A stretch of 64,000 nucleotides of DNA. It comes from Chrysomallon squamiferum. Lineage: Eukaryota > Animalia > Mollusca. Made by a program: the position numbers and the translations under genes. The notes beneath the pieces were generated by a model, which had not been told where the DNA came from, searched no databases, and was given only the letters and a program-made list of their open reading frames with translations. The stretch lies in NCBI GenBank assembly GCA_012295275.1, contig CM022671.1, forward strand, positions 9,424,001 through 9,488,000. Direction: 5' to 3'. This document shows positions 42,871 through 56,856 of this stretch, one piece after another (position 1 is the first letter of the stretch; each line of letters begins with the position of its first letter).

Positions 42871-43793
42871 AGAATGAATGAAATAAACGTATACATATAT
42901 ATATATAAGAGAGAAGAGAGATTTATAAAAGAAAATAAAATAAAAAAATAAAAAATAAAAAATAATCAGCTGTCTACTGTTTAGAGCATTTTTTAAATAA
43001 AACTTATAAAAATATTCAAAATAATTTAAATAACTGATTCTTAAGCAATTTATGTTCAGAATTATCAAAGAGAACTAACAGAAAGATTCTATATAACATT
43101 TTCTTTCTTTATTTATACTTCAAAAATATTACAACTTTGACAATAATTGTTAAAAAACATAAAGAAAAGAAAGGAAGAAAAAAGAAAAAAACCTAAAAAC
43201 TTGACAATTAGGAACAAATAAGAAATAATATATAAAGACACAGACTGACATACAGATGAACAGATAAGTAAATAGAGACATAGGTATATAGACAGGAATA
43301 CACAGACAGAAAGAACAGAGAGAGAGAGATTGATATAAAATAAATAGAGAGCAGACAGAAGAAGAAAAGACAGATAGACTAAGACATTTACAGACATATT
43401 TACCTGAATATTTTTTAAAGATTTTAAAATTCTGACTAAGTGACTAGGTGTTAAAGCTTGTTGCAGTTTAAGTCTTGGTCTGGCTGCTTTCAACAAAAAC
43501 TCAAAAAAAAATTCACAAGATGATTAGTCAGTCGAATCACATGATCAAACATTTTCTGTTTGCTTTATTTCTTAGACATTATTTTTACTGAAATACCTCC
43601 TGGCAATGGGCATGGTGTTTCTGGTTTCTTTCTAATGTGTCTGGATGTTTCTTGGCACAGGAGTTTGAGTTTTAAATTGCTTGGGTGTGGTGATGTCAGT
43701 TTGTCTTGAGATTAATGGTGGTACTGTGTTTTGTTGGCAACTGTTTTTGTTTTTCTGTTCTATTGGAAATAAAAAAACAAAATAGAAAAGAAA

Positions 43794-43830
<37 letters not shown>

Positions 43831-44828
43831 GAAATACAGACCTTCAAATTAAGAAAAAACATGTCTTGAAATATAAAATACAACTGTCATAAAAAAATGT
43901 CTCCAAAACCATTGGAACTATTTAAAATATACTAATAGTAACAAACAAAGTTATCAGAATAATACTGGTTCTAAAAAATTACTGCAATAATAACTTTCAG
44001 AAAACAGAGAACATCAACATCAATAACAGAAAATATTCCATTCTCTGAGATAAACACTGGGTTAAAGGTTTTGAAGACTGATGAAAGATCTTCCCACTGA
44101 ATAAAAAGAAACATGAAGAAGTTAAAACATAATAATAAAAATAATTATATCCTCAAAAAAAAAAAAAAAATTAAAAAATAATAAATAAATAAAAAAAGAT
44201 TTGAATTAGTAGAATGTGAAAAAATAAAAGAGATGAGAGATGGATTAAAGATTGAAAAAATATTAAATACACAATAAATGCAAAAAAATGAATGAATAAA
44301 ATAAACAAATCAAATATCATAGCCAAAATAAATAATAATAATAATATAAAATACATACATATACCTATACAATAATAAAAAAAAATAAGAATTCTAATTC
44401 TTTTTAAATAAATGAGCTTGGGGAAAAAAATTCAAACAAAACAAAAAAATTCACAAATAAAAATTAAGAATTTAAAATGGAAAACATAAAGAAAGAATAA
44501 AGAACTATGCAGAAACTGGGAGAGAAGAAAAAAAAAAGTAAATTGTATGTTTCAAAAAATCTTTGCTTATAAAAATAACTGGAAAATACAGACAAGAGGA
44601 ACACACAAGAAAAAAAGAAGATTATGGAAGAAAACTACAATGGTAAAAATAACAAGAAACAATAATCTAGTAAATAGGTTGGGAAAAAAAAACAATAAAA
44701 TAACTTTAAAGCAAAAACACAAAATTAAAACAAATAAAGAATGTGAATAATGAAGTAAAGTAGTAGTAGTAGTATCAATATCATAACAATAATCATAATC
44801 TAATCATCATGATAATAATAATAAATAA

Positions 44829-45028
44829 NNNNNNNNNNNNNNNNNNNNNNNNNNNNNNNNNNNNNNNNNNNNNNNNNNNNNNNNNNNNNNNNNNNNNNNN
44901 NNNNNNNNNNNNNNNNNNNNNNNNNNNNNNNNNNNNNNNNNNNNNNNNNNNNNNNNNNNNNNNNNNNNNNNNNNNNNNNNNNNNNNNNNNNNNNNNNNNN
45001 NNNNNNNNNNNNNNNNNNNNNNNNNNNN
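44829..45028. other. Assembly gap (200 N)
   Basis: Run of exactly 200 N. Confidence 0.99.
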
Positions 45029-46849
45029 TTACTCTTTCTAAAGATGTCTAATATTGCCATTTGGATAATTTTTATGATAGCGTGATTGTTCAGTTTCATT
45101 TGTTATTGCATTATTATGTATCTTATACGTACATTTTTAAACACACACACACATACAAAAATATATATACACACAGAAACATGCATACATACATACATAG
45201 ATGCATGTACGTATGTATATATGTATATATGTATGTCTGTATGTGTGTATATGTAGCAGTATCAGAATTTTTTACTTTTCCAGAACACAGGAAGTAGAAC
45301 GTAACAACTACGGGTGGGTTCAGACAATTTATTCGATGTCACACAAAAATGAAGACAAGGAAAAACACCCTACGAGAACAATAAAACAACAATAATTGAC
45401 ATTTCATTCAGATTGTATGTTTTCTTTAAGCCAGCTATCTTGAACAAATGTTTATTCAATGTAATTTAATCCATATATCCAATATAAATAATAATTACTT
45501 TATATATTCATAAAGTAATTAAACAAGTACTTTCTAATGGTGTTAAATAACAATGCATGTATACAAAACATACATATATTAAATAAAACAAAATACAGAC
45601 TAACCTTTCAGATAATATCCCCTTTCAAATAATAAATTCAGTTCCACCTTTAAAAATGAAATCTGGCCTGACAGTATAATCTTAGCAGGAGAAATAAACC
45701 TGAAAACTTGAGCCAAGTTGTTTATTCCCTGATGGGCTTGGGAGAGGAGTTTGGGAACAATAGTTAACACGCAAGGCAAGTAACGTGTGTTAGTACAGTG
45801 TAAGCTGAATGAAACAATCACCACAATGACAAATTACCAGCCTATTGTTTGGCATAACCTGGCTAGGGATAAAATAAAACTTTAGTTACACAATAAGCTG
45901 ACAGGAGGCAAGCTGTAAATAAAACCTTACATTAATGACAAAGCCTGCTAAAAAGCAAATATCTGCAAATAAAACATTAAATACAAATCCTAACTAAAAC
46001 AAATACCACATACTTCCACATGTATAAAATTCATTATGTTTTTACTTTAAAGTGCTTTAAGCAATTAATTTTGATATTTGCTTGATGTTCTTTTTTAATA
46101 AAAGCAAGATATATGTACATATTACATATTTCAGAAACTGATATATGTTTGTTATTGAAAATGTAATACACGGAAGCATACTGAAAAATGAATATGGTAG
46201 TCATAACAGCGCATTATTTTAGAAAAGTCAAAGCTAATAATATTCGTTCATTTATTAATCTTGTTAATACATATCTTCACACTTTGTGTAAGAATAATAC
46301 TGCTTTAATTCATTTTAAAGTTCAGACATGAATAGTTTTAGTACTGCAATGTTCTCGTAAAAAAAAAAAAAGAAATGAACTTAACCTGGAAGAACGCTGG
46401 AGTCTTAACGATTAAAGCCTACTAAACTGACATCAAATATTAAATCTCAAAGAACGAAACTTTTATTTCAAAGAATCTTAAATTAATAACAGTATTACAC
46501 TAATATTTAATAGGCAGGCCTAATTAATTTTAAACGTGTTTGAATTTCTTTCAGATATATACTGTTTTATTTTGACGAAATTAAAACCGCAATGTTTTGG
46601 ACACATATTCTAAAAATTTAATCCTACCTTTCCACACTATCTTTGTTTTTTGACTCAAAATGCAGCTTCTTTGTAAATGGGCTGTATGAAGCTACAATTT
46701 GCAGTTCGTTTCCTGAAATATATGAATTTCATTACAACATTTTCATCTAATGTTGTAAGTTTCAATTTCGGCTGATCCACTATTAAGGTGAATATTTCAT
46801 TTACGTTTTGTTATTAAATACAAATAATTAGAACTTTAAATAATAAACA

Positions 46850-46920
<71 letters not shown>

Positions 46921-47718
46921 ACATATTATTCATTTTGTATTATTGTTATCCTAGTAATCATTTACACTAGAGCTTCATTGGTTTTGTCGTACGTTTCAAA
47001 CTATAATCAGTTAGACAGACGGATAGATAAATCCATATATATTTATACAGTTGTGTATAGTTCAAAGTTACTTATTGGTTCAGATCTTAAAAACAGTTTA
47101 CCCTTTAAAATATAATGAATAAATTGTTGTTATTTAAGAACTATTTGTTTTGATGTGTAATGAAAGTGAAATCAATACAGATGAATCAACTACCATCAAG
47201 AGCTGTGACTGAGAAATTTAGTTTTTGTATTATTTAGGATAAAAGAAACAACTGGTTTTTGACTTAACCTTTATCATGCCTCCCTAAATCGGGCCATTCT
47301 AATCATCGGAGGATAAAGCTATTATTTGAACACAATAAACAATTTTTCTCTCTCTCTCTCCTTCGTTATTACATTAGAAAATATTTCAATAAACATTTAT
47401 CATACCTACTGACTGTTGTATGACAGTTGTTCCAATCCGGTTACCATTAGGTTCGAAAGCTACCGGTCCCTGCAATAAAGTGTATATAAATATTTATCAC
47501 TTTTACTGATAATAGCGCTGACCATACTAGCAGTAGTAATAATTATGGTATTAATAGTAGTCATAGCAGATATAGCAATAGTAAGACTAATAATGTTAGC
47601 AGAAATTTTCCACAACTATACCTAGCAGTAGAGGTACAAAGCAACATCAGATAATAAATTACATGACAGGTCTCTGAAAAGATTTGACTAAAACAGTAAT
47701 TATATTATGTTCACATCT

Positions 47719-47904
47719 AAATTATTATCTATAAAATTAACCTTCTTAAAAGTTCACATTGGCAGTATCCACCATATTTTGTGGGACAGGGGTCATTTTC
47801 TCAAAGCTATCAAATTATTATCTACAAAATTAACCTTCTTAAAAGTTCACATTGGCAGTATCCACCATATTTTGTGGGACAGGGGTCATTTTCTCAAAAC
47901 TATC
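47719..47904 (+). repeat. 93-bp tandem duplication including the Harbinger left junction
   Basis: aaattattatcta.aaaattaaccttcttaaaagttcacattggcagtatccaccatattttgtgggacaggggtcattttctcaaa occurs twice. Confidence 0.92.
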
Positions 47905-49655
47905 ATTACGTGTCGTTGTCAAATGTTCATGACCCTGAAGGTGTCATTATAAAAACAACAGGTCAAACGCTGTTGTTAAGAGTGTGATTTGTTAAAGGTG
48001 TGTCGTAACTTAGCATAGCACATAATATGTAAAATGCATACTATCGATTTTTGAAAATGGCGGCTGAATTGATGGCAATGTCAGAGTGTACGAGATTAAA
48101 GAGGCGTCAGACTGACCCCAGAGCAATTCGAAGATTCACATCAAATTTACTAGTGAAAACGGTGAAATACAAACTGCTGAAAAGGAATTCTACGACTTGA
48201 CTGATTTCCCAATGCACGTGGAACTTTGGGTGGGACCTTGATTCCTATTAAAGCCTCTCAACTGATGAGCATTTTTGTTTTTATCTTACAGGGTATCATG
48301 CGTGGTATCAGCCAAGGGCGCATTTTTAGACAAAGATGAAAAATTCCTGGAGCTACGCATGATGCACTGATATTTAGAAACTGACATCTTGCACAATAGT
48401 TTGAAAATGGTCAAATCAAGGATAGTTTTTAGGGGATTCTAGATATCCACTAAGGCCATGTTTAATGCTGTACTGGAGAACACATGCAACAAACTGAAAG
48501 TAATGACGAACAAAATGATGAACTTCCTGCCAGTGACTGTCAGAGTCTCGGGAATGGAGTTATTACAAGACATCAGCTGTTACAAACACATTTTAACAAC
48601 TTAGTTAACTTATGTAATTTATTGAAATGTAATTCAGGAACACAATTTAGAATGAAAAAATTGGATTTTATTCAGACTAGAGGTAAAAAAGTGATCGACT
48701 GCCATAGTTTTGTGTTTCACTTTCATTGCTATTTCCTATTGCAGATGTCAACATCTGTAGAAGTTCAAGTTTCTTTTCTTCCACTTGCAGGCAATGTTTT
48801 TCTACGGAGATTCTCTCCTGCTCCACTTGTAGCCTGCACCGTTCGATTTGTACAAGTTCGTGATTGGGATCATTGTTATCAGGCGATGTTGACGTCATAC
48901 GTTGATTTCTTCGTATCTATGGTAGAATTGTGGCAGAAAATAAATGTTCACATTATTTCAGTTTGTACAAGGAAACATTGATGAACTAAAATTGATTAAC
49001 AATATATTACATCTTTTTATTTTGGAATAAAATAAATATTAATGACATTGTCGTAAGTAAGACAATGTCAAAATAGTTAAGGTGTACAGTTATATCTTCT
49101 CTATGATGATTCAGGACTAGACGACCTGTTCTTTGAGAAAGTTCGGTGGTTCGCTGTCATTAGGATGCAGTTTTATTTTGGGCTTTTCTTCGCCAGTCTT
49201 TCTTTTCCACCATGAAGGACCAGTCACGCCACTTACGACGAATTCCGCCATTGCTGCGCCTGACTGTTGATACAGAACTCACAATGTATTCCATGCATCT
49301 TTTTTCTGTTTGTTGGTTATGCAGTCATTGAACTCGTTATAAATTGAATGTTGACGGTTACTGACACCATCCATTTCCATTTCTTTTATATTAAACTGTT
49401 GTCGCTTTGTTTGCATTTTCGTGTGTTAAGTCTGCCATTGTTATTTGGTAAATGATTGTCCTATTCTGTTCACACAAACAGCACGGTCTGCACAGAAATG
49501 AAATAACGACACAGTAATTGCCAATTTTGCGACATATTTCAAACGACATTGTAACGACAATTAGTCGACACTTTAGATTGTTGCTATGTTGTCATTCGCG
49601 TTATTTTACGACGTCGTTGTGGTGTAACAACCGACATTTTCGGGAGCACTGACCC
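47883..49655 (+). mobile_element. PIF/Harbinger transposon, degenerate, inside a GABA-B intron
   Basis: Plus-strand HARBI1-like remnant (EKEFYDLTDFP, IPIK, PGATHDALIFR, GDSRYPLRPCLM) convergent with a minus-strand Myb/SANT-like remnant (KRQQFNIKEME, ITNKQKKDAWNT, IRRKWRDW; tail ORF 48677-48898); short termini gggtca..tgaccc with CAG-like flanks. Confidence 0.8.
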
Positions 49656-50846
49656 AGGTAAGCGGACCTTTTTGATACGACAAATAAGTGGCCGAAAGCC
49701 AACGGGCGGGGAGTGCAAGAACGGATAGACACTAAGTAAAGATATCACACTACCTAAAAAAACACTGATTAATTAAATAACAGTTAACAATATAATAACA
49801 AAAGGAACGTATGTATATTGTTTGTAAGCTGACGCGTGTACATTCATTTAATCATAATATATTTACACTGATATGTGAAACCAACACTGAGGTAAATATT
49901 AGTATTATTAAAGCTATATAATAATAAAAATCACTTTCTTAGAGCTGTTTCCTCTTAACAGCATTTAACAGTGTGAGTATATTGAGACATGGATAATGTA
50001 ATGGTAAGTTACATATAGTGTTTGGTGATAACAAAAGTTACATATAGCGTTTGGTGATGTGAATGTACAGTTGTATTTCACTTGGATAAGATTAAAGAAA
50101 TGACTTTTGAGAGCCTGTTTGAATATAGGCGTTGGTTGTATGAAGCAATAGTCAAACCAAAGAGGAATCAGAATAAAGAAATTTGGACAAAGTGACCTAT
50201 TATGTTATTTATCATTAAGCAGTTTGTTTTGAACCAAATTTCAAATATAACAAACTTAATTTTCTACACTAACACTAATTAAACACATTTATTCTGTTAT
50301 GATTTCCAGTATTATTTCTAAGGTATTGCCACAACTGCCAAAACAACAAATAATCAATCACGAAAGAGGCTATTTTTAGATCACAACAACAGTTGAGAAA
50401 CTTAAGTCACATGATAATAGATTGTTCACTTCTTCGGATATCGGAAATAAATAAAATAAGGTTTTATACTAGACAAATAAGTGAAACTAAGATATCGAAT
50501 TTCTGTAGAAACATAACAAAATGCTTCTGACTGAATTTAAAAGCATTTTGTTTTTCACGGTGCAATAAACAGACATTTTCCATTCATGAAGTGAGTAAAA
50601 TTAGGTTAAAACAGTATGGCGGACCAAAAATAGTGGCGCTTCTGATAATAATAATAATAATAATGTGATTAACCATATAAAATACATTAAATATGTCTTC
50701 TTTTTCTATAAACTGAGAGCCAGAAGGCACCTCTGTCACAGATGTATTTGCAAATGTATCAAAAGCTTGCGTCAAAATGTTCCAGATCAACCATTAAAAA
50801 AAAGACCGAAAATTCAAATACAGATAAAAATGAAATTATTTTTATG

Positions 50847-50877
<31 letters not shown>

Positions 50878-50890
50878 GATATATATATAC

Positions 50891-50923
<33 letters not shown>

Positions 50924-50941
50924 AATACACACACATAAACA

Positions 50942-51152
50942 CAGGGTAGCCCAAAAGGTTTACAATTATTACGTAGGCAATTTATTTTAAAATATAAGCA
51001 TGTTTCAAGCATTAAACAGAAACTGTTTAATCTCTCAGGTGCTCAAAATGTCCTCCTTCAACATTGTATTTTATGTTAATTGTACCTAGCAAGTAACTTC
51101 AAGCATATAGACGATAGTTTAATAATGGTAAACCTACTTTTGGGCCACCCTG
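50942..51152. mobile_element. Tc1/mariner-type MITE
   Basis: TIRs cagggtagcccaaaaggtttac ... gtaaacctacttttgggccaccctg|ta. Confidence 0.75.
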
Positions 51153-52109
51153 TATATACTTTTTTTTTTCGATGTGTTGAGTTCCAACACCAAATATATC
51201 TGTGAATTAAAGATTCTTCCTTACTATATGCGAATACACTTTGAAAAAATATATAAAAAAGTATACTGTGGATATCAATAAAAATCTAATGTTTGGAAGT
51301 GGCAGCGGATGCAAAACAAAGAATAAATCTGACTTCGGCCTAAAAGGAAATCTTCTGAGATCTTGATTTTGTCCTAATGAAAAAAAAAAAAAAAAAAAAA
51401 TGTATTTTAATTTAAGATTCTTTATATTTTCTGTTACTTTACTCTAAATTAGTTTTATAAACTTATATAGATCAATATAATAAAATAAACAAATAAAAAA
51501 TCAGTTATTTTGACCCTAAAGCTGCTGAATAATAACTGATATGTCATTTTTTGGATTAAAACTGCAGAACGTACCGTAACACCCTCAAATCTCAGATTAG
51601 ACATAATCTGGGTAAATGCTGCCACGAATGTTGAATTGTAATAGCTGAAGTCTTCAAGAACAATACCCTGCTTAGCAGCCTTATCTAATGTCAGAGAAAT
51701 GCTAATCACAGCGTCGAAAGCAAAACCAGCATACATATTGACAATGTATTTTTTGATGAGATCAGCATTCTGAAAGAAGTAGAATATTAAAATAGACTGG
51801 ACTTGGAACTGATTAAAAAGAAATTAATCTAACATGTTCAACATATTTACCATCTTTACATCACCTTCGTTTCATGAGTATTAACATATGTGAAATAAAA
51901 CTGTCTGAACTAAATATAATCAGTTTGAAATGGCTTATAACTAGCTTACAGAATGTTTTTCTTGCAACGAAGGTTTACATGAATGTTAAAATACTGATAC
52001 CATGCCGAAAACTTCACTGTAACCGCTAGCTCCGGCTGTCAGATCAGTTACAAAGTGCCCTTCTTGTGCTATCTAAAAACAGACATTGAATTATTAAACA
52101 TATAACATG

Positions 52110-52172
52110 GAAACAAAATAAATAAAATCCTTATAGACTCAAAGTCTATAAGGATTTTATTTATTTTGTTTC
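52110..52172. repeat. Perfect 30-bp inverted repeat with 3-nt loop
   Basis: gaaacaaaataaataaaatccttatagact-caa-agtctataaggattttatttattttgtttc. Confidence 0.95.
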
Positions 52173-53842
52173 GACAGTTAAAATTTAATTAAGATATATC
52201 TTTGGTGGTATGAATAAACAGAGTAAATAATTTTATTTTACTTCTAAGTCATTATTTTATTTGCTTTTAAGGCAAGTTCATTTTGAAGCAGAGGACCTAA
52301 AAATATAATGAAGGTAGCTGCTCTACGACACCCTCAGAAAAGTTATACATCCTACCGTCTGAAAATATAATACAAATAAAAATTAATGTATCTGACTAAT
52401 TTTGATAGGAGAAAGATACGTATTTCGGAATTGATCCCTCTATTAATTTTTAAAAATATATTTTATTCATATATTCCGTTTTACTGTTCAGTGCATTTAT
52501 TAATTTGGTTTTCAATTACTAAGAGAGCAGTTCAACAGTAAAGAAGCTAAATGAATGGACTTCAGCTTGAATTTCAAAGGCAATTACTTGAAATATGATA
52601 CAACATTTTTCACATCCAAAACGGCTTAAAAGCACCAAAGTATGAATGGCTTTGAGCTAACGACTCCGCTGATCAAATGTGAAATAGGTTTGGGTATTCA
52701 TACTGCCATGCATGTGAGGAACTAGCCAGGTCTAATATCATTACAAGTAACCCTTACCCTGAAGTTTAGATTATATTTGCTGAAACACCTAGTCATTAAT
52801 AATGTTTTTTAAGCGCACATTGCAAAAGATTGATATGGCAATATTACATGAAACTTGAAGAACAAATAGGTGCACTATGCAAGCGGTTCTAAGTAGATGA
52901 CACTGCACTACAGCATCAAGATATTTTATAAAAGTATTTTTTATGATAGAGCGGTAAAAATCATAATTTAGAAGTATGCAAATGTATTTATATTATTTAT
53001 CGTAACACCATACATATATTTTAAATTATGTAAAATCACATTATAATTATAAATTATTATTTTTTAAACAAAAAAGGACAAAATCCTAAGATATTTGAAT
53101 AAAGAAAACATCCAAATATACAAATTATTTTTCTTCAAATTATAAATTTATTAACTTTTTTCTTTTTTTCTACCTACTCTCAGCTGGTCAGGTGTACATT
53201 CAAGTGATGTTTTCAGGAACAGTCCACCAGTTTGAACCTGTCCACGATAGCAGAAACCAGACGTATTTAGCACCGTACATTTTTCGTTTATATATCTACG
53301 ACGTATATATAAAAAAAAAGATAAAAAAAAAAAAAAAAGTAACGCTAATAATAAAAAATAATGCTAATAAAAATAAAAATAGAATTAAACAAAAATTGTT
53401 TATAAATTTAGGTTTATAAATATATTGTTTTAAGCCAGTAATAACATTGCCATAACTATTATATATTTTAATAAGAAGAACTGGACAGACAAAACAGTAT
53501 GGGACTGCGGTTTAGACGAATAAAGGTTTACAGGTAAAAGTACGATTAGCGCAATGTAACAAAATCTCTGTTGCTGACTCACTAACATATATACAATTCT
53601 AAATGCCAGCACCTACCATTAGTTATTCTGTGGCAAATATTGATCGACTACGTAAACATAAAAAGCTTTTGAAAAATCATACAATAAAATTAAACTTTTC
53701 ATGAAAACGAAACTGGATATATGTATGGTTTTTGCATATTTTCCTATTCATTTTGTAAACAGTTTCAGAGATTAATCTACTTTATTTACACAGATACACA
53801 AGAACATCATAAAAAAAAAAAAAAAAAAAAAAGAAGAAGATA

Positions 53843-53891
<49 letters not shown>

Positions 53892-55119
53892 TAATAATAG
53901 TGATGGCAATACAAATTGTGATCTTATGAAGGAACGAAGAAATATCAGGTGAGATATGTAAATATATAGAAACTGTAAAACAGTTTGTTCTTACCTCGCA
54001 AAACAACTTTCGTGCCATTAGATAGTGAAAATTCCCTATGATTATTCGTGCTTCTTGTCTCTAACATTAAAAATCATGAAAAAATTTAATATTTAAACTT
54101 CATGAATAATCTTCGTCTTTCTAATTTTTATTGACTAATTTATTTTTTTCGTCACATATCTTGTTAGAATTACTTTGTAAACCTGTTTTATCTTGCATGT
54201 TCATAGATGCTGATCTTATAAAACAAATAGCAGATAACTTTTTATAAGAATATAAATACCAACTGGATTGAGTCCAGAGCCAGGTGTATGTTAATCATCG
54301 CCGGTATAATATTCACCAACCCATAGAGAGGATAGTAGTATATACAACGGTTTTCGCTATACTAACAGGGCAGCTGAAACAAAAATGGTGCCACCAAAAA
54401 GGATACATCATTTTATTTTATTAAAATATTTATTCAGTTAAATAAACAATTTTTACATATTTAACCATATTTATTTATTTTCAGCTTTTTAATTAAACTA
54501 TGACAGCTTTTGAAGAACTTTTCTCTAGTCTGTTGAAGAAAAGTTCGAAGATTTGTGTTCTTATTTGTTTTCCCTGAATTCTGTTCAGTTTTTAGGGTCG
54601 AAAGCTTCTTGTTAAGGAAACAGTCCCCATCATTTTGTCATCTTCATATTTAGACCAGAGAAGCTTTTCTCTTGCTGAGTGGTTTAAACATGAATATTAA
54701 TCAGTAATCAGTATAACAATAATAAATAAACGTGTCTTGAGTGAAATCTTTCACAATAATCAGTGCTTTTGTGGGAGGTTATAATTTATTTTCCTCTGGC
54801 AAATCCTTAAAAATTCCCTTATCACTTTGTACACTAGTTTATTTGGTCTAATAGTGTCAAGTTGATGATAAATTTGATAAATATCATAAATGTATCAACT
54901 ACTAAAATTCTGTGCTTGAAACTCTTCTTTCCGTTTCTAGCTTTTAAATTATAAAATTCTTCTGCACAGTATGCAGCCATTTCTAAGTCTGATTTCATTA
55001 AACGACCAAATTAATTCTGTCATAACTTAACATTTGTTTTGGAATTTCATGTATTTTGTTTTCAGGGTTGAACTTTACTTAACTATAATTTCAGAATGTT
55101 AATGATACAGAAGAAAATC

Positions 55120-55435
<316 letters not shown>

Positions 55436-56213
55436 GGGATAAACTACAAATACACTTCTACAAAACTTGATTTATCTTAGTTATTATCACTGTACCTTCT
55501 CTTTCTGTCTATGTATCTTCCTCTCTATCAGTGTATCTAGGGCATGTCTTCCATCTGACTGTCTATCTATCTATGTCTTATAATTCTATTTTCTTACCAC
55601 CTGCCTAACTATGACTAATTATCAACCTTCTGACTCTGTATAATCTGTGTATCAATCCATCATCTATCTTTCTATCCATCCGTGCATCTGTTACTGGATA
55701 TTTTTAAAATTTATTATTAAAGTTAAAAAACCCACGTTTATCACTTAAATTTTCAATATACAATGAGCTTCTTTTTAAAGTACCTCTCACATTTAATTAT
55801 CTGGTATTTATTTACCTTCACCCTAATATATTTATTTAAAAAGGGCACTTACCTGGAAAACCATCCATATTTCTTCATGTCTACTGGGCTACTTGCTTAC
55901 AATAAAAGTTGTTATAACCTTTACACCTCTTCTTTTCAGTATCAGTCTGTGATGTAGATAATAACGCATGTCCTTAATTTCAAGTCTTCTCATATCTTCC
56001 ATTTAAATAGAAAAATAAAAAAACATTAATGTTCATGTCTCATTAAGCTCTTTATAAAGTAAAAACTGAAATTCAGTGTGCCGCTTCCAAAAACTTTGAA
56101 AAAGAAGCAAGAACAATATAAAAAACAAATAATAATAATAAAAAAACATTCAGTATATGTCATGAATATTTTACTTAATTTACACAAAGACAACATTTTT
56201 CTAAACCACTCAC

Positions 56214-56825
56214 ATTTCCATTTTTAATAACCTCTTTGAGACAATCACCAAGATTTCAGAGGTAGTCCAGAGAATCAAGACGTTTGTGTTATTACAGCTG
56301 AAAAACAGAATTAAAATATTAAGAATAATAAAAAATGTTAGTAATAACATGAACATATTTTTAAAACAGTGTTTAATCTGGGAAATGCTGTCCTATAGTC
56401 CAGTGGGAAAATGGATTCTCAGTCAGGAAACTAATTTAATCCTAGGATTAAAGTATTTATACAATTACAAAGTTTCCCAGTGTTCTTGTTTTTCTGCCTT
56501 GCAAATTAGACCCATTGGACAAATGTCTGAAGATGTTGAGTCAATGCGAGATACAGCAAAGACACTGAGTATTTCAAAGTCCAGACTGCAACACTGTGTG
56601 ACAAAGACGAAACATCTCGACATGACCTCCAAGCCAAAGAACAAGAATAATCTGGTTTTTAACGCAGTTACCTAAGTGTGGACAGTGTCAGAAATGTGAC
56701 AAACAACAATGAAATGTACACAGTGATATAACCCATTTAGCTATTCTGGTGGAAATCACTACAAAAACTCTGACCATTGTTGATCCCTGGCAAAAACTGC
56801 AAAGCATCACACGAAATACATGAAA

Positions 56826-56856
<31 letters not shown>

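Noticed and set aside
48484-48981. 165-aa plus-strand ORF as a host gene
   Set aside because: Spans the convergent 3' ends of the two degenerate Harbinger ORFs
52639-52704. Possible tRNA or tRNA-derived SINE (9-bp inverted repeat agtatgaat/attcatact, weak B-box on minus strand)
   Set aside because: No cloverleaf or A-box could be built; too degenerate to call
54240-54400. GC-richer patch as a further GABA-B exon or lectin fragment
   Set aside because: Stops in the frames read, no convincing motif, and the flanking GABA-B exons already join in phase
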